64,000 bases of DNA from a bacterium (lineage in GTDB: Bacteria; Patescibacteriota; Minisyncoccia; Phycocordibacterales; Phycocordibacteraceae), in the NCBI GenBank assembly GCA_037200965.1, contig JBBCGK010000001.1, positions 384,001 to 448,000 of the forward strand, read 5' to 3'. How positions within the stretch are numbered: the first letter of the stretch is position 1; every line of letters starts with the position of its first letter. The position numbers and the translations under genes are program-made. The notes under the pieces were generated by a model that saw nothing but the letters and a program-made list of their open reading frames with translations, was not told the origin of the DNA and ran no database searches. This document shows, piece by piece, positions 9,585-18,500 of this stretch.

Positions 9585-10852
9585 AAAGATTCCGAAATAC
9601 TCCGCTCGTGCGGCTTCTCGAGCGCTATACCAAAACCGATATAACCTACCTCGCGTCAGGCGGTTTCTGGCTGTCGCTTGATCAGGTAGCGACGGGGCTT
9701 GCCGCGTTCCTGCTGGCGATCGCGTTCGCGCATTTCGTCCCGAAGGAAACGTACGGAACCTACCGGTATCTTTTGTCCGCGTTCTGGGTACTGACCGCCT
9801 TTTCCCTCACCGGCCTCCCTACCGCGCTTTCCCAGGCGGTCGCCCGGGGGCGCGAGGGGGTATACCGTTCGTCATTCGCGACGAGCCTCGCATGGGGCCT
9901 GCCGTTTGGCGTTATCGCGCTTGGCATAAGCGCCTACTACTTCGTGAACGCGAACGCGCAATTCGGGTACGGGTTCCTCATCATCGCCGTTCTCGGTCCC
10001 CTCATGCAGCCCGCGTATTTGTTCGGGTCGTATCTCATCGGCAAGAAAGAGTTTCGTGTGGTCGCCATCTCGGGCGCGATATTCGCCGTTGCGCCAGCCG
10101 CCGCGCTTTTCGCGACCATGTTCGCGACGCAGAGTCCGCTCGTATTTCTCGTTATCTATCTGCTCAGCAGCGTTGTTACGGGCTTCGCGCTCGCGGCATT
10201 CACGTATATCAGGTACCGTCCGAACCGCGTGAACGATCCGGAATTCCGGGCGCTCGGCGCGCACTTCAGCGTCATGAATCTCCTCACGACGCTCGCGGGA
10301 CAGGTTGATAAGCTCGTCGTCTTCCATTATCTCGGCGCGGTCGAGCTGGCCGTCTACGCATTCGCCACCGCTCTTCCCGAACAGCTTAAGAACGTATTCG
10401 GCGGCGTCTCGACCCTGGCGCTTCCCAAGTTCGTCGCGCGGCCCTTTGAAGAGGTGCGGGCGAATTTCTGGAACCGCCTGTGGCTTTTGACCGCGGGCCT
10501 TGCGCTCGCGGCGCTTGCCTATGCGGCGGCCGCACCGATGCTCTTCCACATTTTCTTTCCGACCTATGCCGAAGCCATCTTCTATTCGCAGGTGTACGCG
10601 CTCGCGCTCGTTCCGATCGGGAGCGCCCTTCCCTCGACGCTCCTGCAGGCCCAGGAAGCGAAGCGGGAACTCTATATCCTCAATATTGTGTCCCCTGTTT
10701 TCCAGATCCTCGCGCTCGTTCTTCTTACGAGCATGTACGGCCTTATAGGCGCCATCGCAGCGCGCATCGCGGGACGGGTATGGACGTTCGCCGTGAGCGG
10801 CGCGCTCCTTGAAGCGTATGCGTGGCGCAGGAAGCGCTTCTCGGGCGCATAG
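9581..10852 (+). CDS. Wzx-like polysaccharide/oligosaccharide flippase (MOP superfamily, Polysacc_synt)
   Basis: 423 aa with 12-14 TM helices and the typical Wzx N-terminus. ATGA overlap with the preceding gene. Confidence 0.6.
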   Translation: MKRFRNTPLVRLLERYTKTDITYLASGGFWLSLDQVATGLAAFLLAIAFAHFVPKETYGTYRYLLSAFWVLTAFSLTGLPTALSQAVARGREGVYRSSFATSLAWGLPFGVIALGISAYYFVNANAQFGYGFLIIAVLGPLMQPAYLFGSYLIGKKEFRVVAISGAIFAVAPAAALFATMFATQSPLVFLVIYLLSSVVTGFALAAFTYIRYRPNRVNDPEFRALGAHFSVMNLLTTLAGQVDKLVVFHYLGAVELAVYAFATALPEQLKNVFGGVSTLALPKFVARPFEEVRANFWNRLWLLTAGLALAALAYAAAAPMLFHIFFPTYAEAIFYSQVYALALVPIGSALPSTLLQAQEAKRELYILNIVSPVFQILALVLLTSMYGLIGAIAARIAGRVWTFAVSGALLEAYAWRRKRFSGA

Positions 10853-10855
10853 CAT

Positions 10856-11464
10856 ATGCTTATGTTCAATTTCCTCAGAATCCGCATATTCGACTTCCTC
10901 AAGAAGAGGAATATGGACCGGGTGTATCAACGCGGCGGCATGTGGGGCCGGGAGCAGGGCGTAGCGGATATCAAAGCCGCCATCGGACTTATAAACAGCC
11001 GGCGCTATGCCCGCTGCCTTGACCTTGGCACGGGAAGGGGCCAGTATGCGGAAGAAGCCGCGCCCCATTGCGGAGAGGTCCTGGCAATCGATATTTCTCC
11101 GGAAGCTGTCGAACGCGCGAAGGAGCGGCTCGGACATATTCCGAATATCCGCTTCTCGGTTGCGAATCTGCGCACATTCGGATCCTCCGAACCTTTCGAT
11201 CTCGTCATCCTCGGGGACACCCTGTATTATCTCGGCGATCTCCGCTTCCCGCTCGAATTCCGGAAGGCCATAGCGAATATCGTACGACTCGTCGCTCCCG
11301 AAGGACGCATCCTCATGGTGAATTATATTTCGCCCGGGCGGAGCGAAAAACAGCTGCGGGAATATGCGGCCCTGTTCCAGGCCGAAGGAATGCGCATTGA
11401 GCATAACGATATATTTTCAGACGGCCCGAAGCGGTGGCTTCAGACCGTGCTCGTGCGGAACTGA
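10856..11464 (+). CDS. SAM-dependent methyltransferase (NodS-like)
   Basis: 202 aa with motif I (LDLGTGRGQYA) and LAIDISPEAVERAKERL...LVAPEGRILM. Confidence 0.6.
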   Translation: MLMFNFLRIRIFDFLKKRNMDRVYQRGGMWGREQGVADIKAAIGLINSRRYARCLDLGTGRGQYAEEAAPHCGEVLAIDISPEAVERAKERLGHIPNIRFSVANLRTFGSSEPFDLVILGDTLYYLGDLRFPLEFRKAIANIVRLVAPEGRILMVNYISPGRSEKQLREYAALFQAEGMRIEHNDIFSDGPKRWLQTVLVRN

Positions 11465-11494
11465 CAAAACGCCCCCTTCGGGGCGTTTTGTCAG
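11461..11494. terminator. bidirectional intrinsic terminator: 14-bp perfect stem CTGACAAAACGCCC / GGGCGTTTTGTCAG
   Basis: Perfect inverted repeat with a 6-nt loop between convergent genes 10856-11464(+) and 11514-12797(-). The stem carries its own U-tracts in both orientations. Confidence 0.7.
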
Positions 11495-11513
11495 TCCTTC
11501 AGAATCCGCCCGG

Positions 11514-12797
11514 TTATTCCGGATACTGATTCCCGGCTCCTCCGTTATAGAGTTCGGCTATTTCGCCTGCGGTGAGAGCCCGGGACCAGACGCCGCACTC
11601 GTCCTGCAATTGGTCCCCGGAGATATTGCCTCCGGCCTGGTACCCGAGCCCGAACGCCGTGGAGCTGTCGTTCTTCGTTTCCGCTACGGTTCCGGTGCCG
11701 ATGCCCGCGCCGTTCACATAGATCGTTCCCGTCGTTCCGCTCGCGGTGGCGGCGATGTAATACCAGGCGCCGTCCGAAAGCGTCTGGGGGATGGTAACTT
11801 GCTCGTTGCTTGAGCCGTTGGTGCCGAAAAACAATGCGCCTGTTCCCCCGGCATTTGCATATGCTAGACGGTACGAATTCGCATCAGACGGCCCGCCCCA
11901 CTTCGCGAGGATCGGATACATGTCCGGCGGCTGCGACCCGAATTTGACCCAGCACGCGAGCGTCATGTCTCCCGTCACGTCGAGCCCGTTCTGGGTTAAG
12001 TCGTCGGCGGTGAAATAATGCCCTGCCCTGCCCGCGCCCGTAATCCGGGCGGCATTATGAACGAGGCCTGGCGCGTACACGGTGCCGTTGTTTGCCAACG
12101 TATTGCCGCCGACCGAATCGATGGCATCGCCGCCCGTCTCGTCGAGTTTCCAGTAGGAAACGAGCGAGCCGTCCGAATACGCGGCAGGCACCGGAGCGGG
12201 CGGAGTATCATCGGGAGGAGTATCAGGCTCGTCGTTGCCGCCCCCATCGCCTTCATCATCGTCGTTCTCGTCATCGTTCCCTCCCGAACTGCCTCCGCCG
12301 GAACTATGATGAGAAGAATGGTGGGTAATAATGCGGCCGGAGGTTGACGCAGGTTTCGGAGCTCCGTATCCGAGCGCATAGGAACCTAAGTAACGGGCGC
12401 CGTCATACAGAAACGTAAACACATCGGCACTCCCCGCGGCAGCGCTTAAGGTCGGCGCTTCGCCCCCGAGCCACAGGATCGAACCGGGCCATGCGACGGT
12501 ACGGTTTCCGGACGCATCCTGGTTGAGGATAAGCTTGTATTCGCTTCCCGGCTGCGCGCCTCCGAACGCCAGGCCGATATCGCTCGTGATGAGGTTGAGC
12601 AAATGCACGTTCCCCGTATTCCAGTCGATCGTAAGCGACGAGGGAATCACGTCGGTAACTATCTTTTGCTGGGAGGGCGAAGTGGTTCCGGCGGCGAATA
12701 AGGAAAGAGCGTACGGCGGCTCCGCCGCGAGCGCTGCCGAGGGCAGAGCGAATAAAAATGCCGCTACCAGGAGCGGAACGAACGACGTATGTCTCAT
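11514..12797 (-). CDS. secreted LamG/concanavalin-A-like lectin domain protein with an acidic low-complexity linker
   Basis: 427 aa with a signal peptide (MRHTSFVPLLVAAFLFALPSAALAA) and a mid-protein HHSSHHSSGGGSSGGNDDENDDDEGDGGGNDEPDTPP linker. The C-terminal motif DGAWYYIAATASGTTGTIYVNGAG is typical of Laminin_G_3. Confidence 0.55.
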   Translation of the reverse strand: MRHTSFVPLLVAAFLFALPSAALAAEPPYALSLFAAGTTSPSQQKIVTDVIPSSLTIDWNTGNVHLLNLITSDIGLAFGGAQPGSEYKLILNQDASGNRTVAWPGSILWLGGEAPTLSAAAGSADVFTFLYDGARYLGSYALGYGAPKPASTSGRIITHHSSHHSSGGGSSGGNDDENDDDEGDGGGNDEPDTPPDDTPPAPVPAAYSDGSLVSYWKLDETGGDAIDSVGGNTLANNGTVYAPGLVHNAARITGAGRAGHYFTADDLTQNGLDVTGDMTLACWVKFGSQPPDMYPILAKWGGPSDANSYRLAYANAGGTGALFFGTNGSSNEQVTIPQTLSDGAWYYIAATASGTTGTIYVNGAGIGTGTVAETKNDSSTAFGLGYQAGGNISGDQLQDECGVWSRALTAGEIAELYNGGAGNQYPE

Positions 12798-12841
12798 GTG
12801 CGAGGTCTTACTTAATAAGTAAGCGCAACACCTCGGAAAAA

Positions 12842-12847
12842 ATTATA
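12842..12847 (-). promoter_or_regulatory. putative -10 (TATAAT on minus strand) for the LamG gene
   Basis: The minus strand reads TTTCAT-N18-TATAAT about 45 nt upstream of ATG 12797. A 17-bp palindrome (12807-12823, CTTACTTA-A-TAAGTAAG) sits in the predicted 5' UTR. Confidence 0.3.
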
Positions 12848-12897
12848 TTCGTTACCCTGTTTGAAATGAAATATCGGGCGTGTGGATATCCGCCGTT

Positions 12898-13800
12898 TTA
12901 GATAAAATATTGCTGAACGGATGCGCGGATGGAGTCGCGCATCGTAACAAACTCGGGATATTGGTAGAAGAAAAGTATCTTCTGGTCTTTTTTGAGCGTA
13001 CCGGCAGGCTTCGCCCGAAGCACGAAGTCGGTGAACGATTCGGCGATGTCTTCCTCGGGACCGCTCGCGCCGTACTTGGTGGTGAAATCGTCGAGGTGCC
13101 GGTTGTAAAACGCGGGCGTCTTCCCTTTCTCCCGCGCCTCGCGCGCGTCCGCCACGTCGCCGGCGCTCCAGAAAGCTTTCACGAACGCGTCGAGATACGA
13201 ATCCTTTTTGGTGCACCCGGCAAGAGAGAGATACCGCCCTGTTTTGGCGCAATAGCGCGGACTCTTTTTCTTGAATTCGACCTGATCCTTATCGAGCGTG
13301 AGGAGATGCGTGTATTCGTGCGTCAGGATGATGGCGGCGTCGCGCACCCATGTCCGGTTCTCGAAGCTGGACGCGTTCGTGTTCACGGCGAGCATCCACG
13401 ACGGCTGCTTGTTGCTTATGCGCGTCACGAACGCGAGCACGGGCTCGTGCGGGAGATTGTAGGTAAGGTAGACGCCGATATGCTGGTAGGTGAAGTCGGT
13501 CCCCGCGATGCCCTCGAATATGTCCCAGACTTTCTGCTCGTTGGTGTCCGTGTTCCTCGTCCACTTGTAGTTCTTATACAGCCGCTGGTTCGCGACCCTG
13601 AACACGTTCACGATGTCCTCTTCGTCATACGGCACTTCCCTGCTCACCTCATTCCCGATGGGAACGTCGAGAGAGGAACGGTCGAACGACCATTCGGTAT
13701 TGGCTGTCGGGACGGCCTGGACTGGCGGGGCCGCCTGGGCGGGCAGCGCCATAAGGAGCGCGAACGGCAGAAGGAGGGCGCTATAGAAAGCCTTTCTCAT
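12898..13800 (-). CDS. secreted putative zinc metallopeptidase (HExxH: HEYTH)
   Basis: About 300 aa with a signal peptide (MRKAFYSALLLPFALLMALPAQA) and an HEYTHLLT motif. The start is chosen at ATG 13800, 7 nt downstream of a TATAGT; the track start at 13809 is a GTG. Confidence 0.5.
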   Translation of the reverse strand: MRKAFYSALLLPFALLMALPAQAAPPVQAVPTANTEWSFDRSSLDVPIGNEVSREVPYDEEDIVNVFRVANQRLYKNYKWTRNTDTNEQKVWDIFEGIAGTDFTYQHIGVYLTYNLPHEPVLAFVTRISNKQPSWMLAVNTNASSFENRTWVRDAAIILTHEYTHLLTLDKDQVEFKKKSPRYCAKTGRYLSLAGCTKKDSYLDAFVKAFWSAGDVADAREAREKGKTPAFYNRHLDDFTTKYGASGPEEDIAESFTDFVLRAKPAGTLKKDQKILFFYQYPEFVTMRDSIRASVQQYFI

Positions 13801-13893
13801 GCCGAACACTATATACCGGGCTGTGGGCGAAATGAAGGCGCGTCTTGCGGAAACGTTAAAGCGTAAAGGAATACGATCGACTGCTAGAAGCCA

Positions 13894-13920
13894 CTAGACG
13901 CTAAAGGCTGTATACAAGCC
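13894..13920. repeat. 27-bp direct repeat, copy A (24/27 identical to 15333-15359)
   Basis: Copy A is ctagacGctaaAGgctgtatacaagcc and copy B is ctagacActaaGTgctgtatacaagcc. On the minus strand copy A encodes only ...GLYTAFSV*, a remnant of the last 8 codons of an immunity-like gene homologous to the 15333-15542 gene. Confidence 0.6.
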
Positions 13921-14335
13921 GTATTGGATCGGTAAGCTATTTCAGTGAACTTTTACATCTGGAAAGTATTGAGTATTTGGTAGCAGAAAACCGCCTTTCA
14001 GCGGTTTTCTGGGAAGGTGTGGCCGTAATGCGCTGTTTGGTCTTGCCTTAACTCAGTCATTCCTCTGACCTCAAGCTCTCATCGTAGGACAGCTTTTTCC
14101 AAGTCCCCTATTTCTTCTTACGCTTTGTGTCGCCAAGGGCGGCACCTGCGACTGACTTCTGGACTGTACGCTTTTGCGGCTTCTTCAGCAACTTCGATGC
14201 CATACTTGCCACACGTTTGCTCGTGTTTCCCATGATAGTGCTTGCCGAGGAGGATTAGTAGAAGTGACCACCTTCTATCCTCGGTCTCTACATTTTACTC
14301 TTGTAAGAATTTACAGCGAGGTGGATAACTGATTC

Positions 14336-14869
14336 CTACAGGAATGCGATGAAACCCAGTAAACCAAGTCCTACCGCGAGAAGGATGAAGGTTGGAACCA
14401 CACTGAAATTAATATAGCGTCTCTCAGATTTCCTTAGCTCGTCAACAGACTCAAACTGCTGTAGTTTCGGATTCAGAATATTTTTCCTTGAATATACATA
14501 CCTGCCCCGATTCCATGATAGACGTCTCCCATGTCTAAATGTAAAGATGATTGCAAAGAGCGATGCAAGAAACATTGCCAGAGTTAAAAGACCGAAAAAC
14601 AGAGTCCATATACCTTCAAAACCATCTGTATTGATTAGCTTATCCGTCACTTCAAAATAAAGGTAGGTTATGACATATACAATGAGTATGTCAGGCAGCT
14701 TCCTTAGTGAGATATATGCTATGTATCCGTACCCAAAGGGAGAGATGGTCCATCCTTTAATATATTTCAGATCATTATCTGAAAGCTGATTCTCATTTCT
14801 TACCTGCTTTCTTTCAAACCATGTAAAGCTTGACAGGTATTCGCGAGTCTCCTTAAATCCAAATTTCAT
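14336..14869 (-). CDS. hypothetical membrane protein in the AT-rich island (orphan immunity-protein candidate)
   Basis: 177 aa, 3-4 TM helices, low-GC codon usage unlike the host; lies between the two 27-bp repeats. Confidence 0.45.
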   Translation of the reverse strand: MKFGFKETREYLSSFTWFERKQVRNENQLSDNDLKYIKGWTISPFGYGYIAYISLRKLPDILIVYVITYLYFEVTDKLINTDGFEGIWTLFFGLLTLAMFLASLFAIIFTFRHGRRLSWNRGRYVYSRKNILNPKLQQFESVDELRKSERRYINFSVVPTFILLAVGLGLLGFIAFL

Positions 14870-14973
14870 AACCTGCTTAAATTCACTTCACTATAATAAA
14901 TCCTTGTCAGGATTAATTCCGCTAAGATTAATTTCCTCTAGGTCAATCTGAAAAGCTCTTGCTTGCTGTTGCA

Positions 14974-15309
14974 TTAGAGAAATAATCTCATATACAGCCA
15001 TCTGGTAGCCTCTGTCATAGTCTGTAGTCTCCGTATTGATTTTCTTATTGGAATTTCGCCAAGTTTGTATTCAATAATGTCGCCAGTACCTGGAAGTGCA
15101 AATTCCTCAAGTAAGAATCGAGGAATATAGTGATGATTCGATTGTTCGTAATCATTGATATAAACTCCTTTTTGTAGGATTCCATATATATAAAATACTA
15201 CTTTAGATAAAAGACGACTTCTTATCCTCCTATTTAGCATTACCATGATTAGCTTATTTGCTAATCTAAGTCTCGCGATGTTTATACGCTTTACTAGCAC
15301 CGATATCAT
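14974..15309 (-). CDS. hypothetical protein in the AT-rich island (possibly a truncated orphan module)
   Basis: 111 aa, AT-rich, no recognisable motif; the start is uncertain. Confidence 0.3.
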   Translation of the reverse strand: MISVLVKRINIARLRLANKLIMVMLNRRIRSRLLSKVVFYIYGILQKGVYINDYEQSNHHYIPRFLLEEFALPGTGDIIEYKLGEIPIRKSIRRLQTMTEATRWLYMRLFL

Positions 15310-15332
15310 TAAGTAGGGACTGTTAGGTCTTT

Positions 15333-15359
15333 CTAGACACTAAGTGCTGTATACAAGCC
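15333..15359. repeat. 27-bp direct repeat, copy B (stop codon plus 24 nt at the 3' end of the 15333-15542 gene)
   Basis: See copy A. A local tandem duplication tacaagcca/tacaagcc sits next to it. Confidence 0.6.
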
Positions 15360-15542
15360 ATACAAGCCAATAACTATAAAGAATAGAGCGGATAATCTGA
15401 TCATTACCAGCATCCACTTTGGTTCTTGATTATTTTTTATAGAATAGACACTGCGTGTAAAATTCCAAATTACACCAGGATTTACAATCGATAGGAGACC
15501 GGCGATAAGAAAAATAGAATTTAATATTATTTGAGAAGTCAT
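15333..15542 (-). CDS. small 2-TM membrane protein, putative cognate immunity protein of the RHS C-terminal toxin
   Basis: 69 aa with two hydrophobic helices. It starts 4 nt after the RHS stop codon, and the region is AT-rich like the toxin tip. Confidence 0.55.
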   Translation of the reverse strand: MTSQIILNSIFLIAGLLSIVNPGVIWNFTRSVYSIKNNQEPKWMLVMIRLSALFFIVIGLYGLYTALSV

Positions 15543-15546
15543 ATAG

Positions 15547-18500
15547 TTATCTGTTATTTTTAACCTTATTTTTTGTCTCGGTCGTTGTTGGCTTCGTTGT
15601 AGCTGGTGTTGTCGGAGCAGGCGCGGTTTGAATCATACTTCCAGGAATGATTGGGACATGGACTGTATAGGTTTGCGATACTGCTGCTCCAACGCCAATT
15701 TGCAGGTTATGACTGCTTGAAACATCTTGTTTTGGACCTGTAGCATTAGTTCCATCCTTTACGTTAACAGTTGCTGATTTCGAGTATTTATACCCCACCC
15801 CTACTGCGCCGCCCACACTTTGTTCAACCTGCACCTCAGCGTTTTTTGGCATAGAACCTGATGAGAACCCTCCACCTATCTTTGCTTCCGCTCCAAGCGA
15901 AGGTCCTCCGCCGGCAACTGCGTTAACTCCTTGGTCACTTGCTTCAAAACCTATCTGCACATTGAAGAATCCATATGTTAGACCTCCATTGATATAAACA
16001 TACCAATTACCAGACGGATCCTTATTAATTATTGGATTATTTCGGACATAACTATAGCTATTCAAAGTTTGAGGATCCATCAGAATCTGATTCAATTCTT
16101 GCTGTGTTAGTTCCTTTACCTTCTTTGCATCTCCCATAGCCAAGAAAGATGGGTCTTGTGATAGAAACTGTCCACGTCCCCCGTCGTAATAACGTGCATT
16201 TAGATACGACAAATCAGACTCGTCATCATGGAACTGCCCGATGAAAGTCCGCCCGAGATCGACGGCTCCCGCATCGACCCTCTCGCTCCCGTACGGATAG
16301 TAGTCGAGGGTCTTCGCAAGCTGGCCCGCATCGTCCGAGACGACGTTCGTCGAGCCCAGGTGGTCGGGATGCATATAGCTCGTGGTGGTGGCGGAGCCGT
16401 TTCCTTCGATCGCGGCGACAAGCCCGTCTCCCGCCCAGATATACGCCGTAGTGGTCGCGCCTTGTAGTTCGAAGTATTTATTCGGGTACAGAGTGGCGAT
16501 GCCGCCAGAAACCTTCGCGGCCCTGTTGCCGACATGGTCATAGGCATAGGTGGTGGTCGCGGACCCATCACTTGAAGCGGCGAGGCGGTTGCGGTAATCC
16601 CAGGCGAACGAATCGGGACCGTGGGCGACGACGTTCCCGTCGTTGTCGTAGGAGAGGGTCGTGGACGCGACGGAGGTCGGCGCATGGGGATTCGCGTAGC
16701 CGGTCCCGGCATAGGCATAGGAGCCCTGGCCGGACTTGCCCGTAAGGTTGCCGATGGCGCTGTAGCCGTAGGTCTCGCGATACGGCAGAGATGCGGCGGC
16801 GGTCGTCGAGGCGACCGTCAGGCGGTCGAGATCGTCATAGGCGAACACCGCGCTTTTCGCCGCCTGCGTGTCGGAATAGTCATCGATGCCGGTAACATTC
16901 CCCACGGCGTCATAGGTGAAATAGATGTCCTGGATCGTCGTACCCGACGGCGGCGTTCCGATCACGTAGCTTGCGGCGGCGCTCCAGTCGCTGTCCACGT
17001 CGTGGTCGTCCCATACCCGCATCCGCCAGTAGTACGGGATGCCAGCCGCAAGCGCGTCCCCCGCATAGGTAATGTCCTCCGTGCGCGTGCCGGGGGCGGT
17101 GGAGCTCGCAAACGGCGCCTTCGCGCTGTCCCAAACCGGAGCGCTCCAAGCGCCCGTCGAGGTCGCCACCTGTATCTGGAAATACCGCGCGGAATCGCCG
17201 GAGTCCGGATCGGCATACACCGCGGAGAACTCGGGGAAATAATCCGTGATCCCGGCCGGGTTCGTAAGCCCTTCGGTCAGGAGCGAGGCGGGCGCGCCCG
17301 GCGGAAAGGACACGGGAATCTCGAAGCTCGCCACGGAACTCCACTCGCTTTGCGTATCGGCATCCCAAAGCTTGATCCGCCAATAATACGGCGTGGACGA
17401 GGCGAGGGCCGGTCCCGCGTATGAGATGTCCGGTATGCGCATGCCGGACGGCGTCGAGCTTGCAAGGGCCGTCATGCCAGTGTCCCAATAGACGCTTGAG
17501 AACGCGCTTGAGGCGGCGAGCTGGATCCGGTATGCGAGGGCCAGATCGCCCGCGTCCGCGTCCGTAAAGAGGGCCGAAAACTCCGGCGTAAGGTCGGTGA
17601 CGTGCACGGGATCCGTCTGCCCTTCGGTAAGAAGGGCCGTCGGCCCGGCAGGAGCCGTGTCGTAGACAACGACGAGCTTCGGATCGTGGCCCGTACCCGT
17701 ATCGTCCGCCGAAGCGAAATTCGCGACGAGTTCGGTCGCGTCGGTGGGAGCGATATTGTTGAAGTCGTTATACGTCCGGACGGAAAGCTTCGTGACGCCG
17801 GTCCTCGAAATGGAAGCCAGCCCGTTCGCGTTAAGCGCGATCGGTTCGTACGTGTTGCCGGCATACGTTCCGTCGCTTACGCCATAGGACGTGCTGCCGA
17901 TCATGTCGAAGTCCTGGCTTACGAGGCTCGCAGCGGACGAAGGCGAAGAAGAAGCGACATAGAGCCGTTTCTCGGAGCCGCCCGCCGTGACGCCGGTCAT
18001 GTAAAGGCTGAGGGTCGCGTCGATGACCGGAACGCTGTCGGGAAGCGAGGACGTGTCGAAAAGAAGGAACCCGCGCCTGATGCCGTAGTCAAGCGCCCCG
18101 GAAGCGACCCCGAGCTCGTCGCTCACGATGATCTCAGCAGCGTCGGAATTGGCGTTGATACCGTTCGTCGCGTTATGAACCGAGTTCCAGTTCGAGCTGT
18201 GATCCTTATACACGTATCCGTCGACCGACGACGTCTCGGGGTCAGGGTCGGGATAGAACGTACCTGTGTCCGCGCGCGCTCTTTTGGGGAACAGGAAGCC
18301 GACGATCGCTTCAAGGATGCCGGGGCTCCCGCCCTGCGCCCGTTTCTGGGCTTCATAGGAGTCCGCGGTGGTGATGCCGTAATCGGCGACCCACCACCCG
18401 CCTTTTTCGTCTTCGTAATACTGGGGATCGCCGGAAACGATTTCGGCGACGAACGTGTTCGGCTTGTCGGTCGCGAAAACGCGCGCGTGCTTGGTTCGCT

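Noticed and set aside
9872-11404. 510-aa minus-strand ORF
   Set aside because: Antisense to the Wzx-like flippase and NodS-like methyltransferase, and would cross the bidirectional terminator region.
14108-14233. 45-aa basic ORF (MGNTSKRVASMASKLLKKPQKRTVQKSVAGAALGDTKRKKK) on the minus strand in the AT-rich island
   Set aside because: No SD, promoter or conservation evidence; it could be real, but there is too little support to call.
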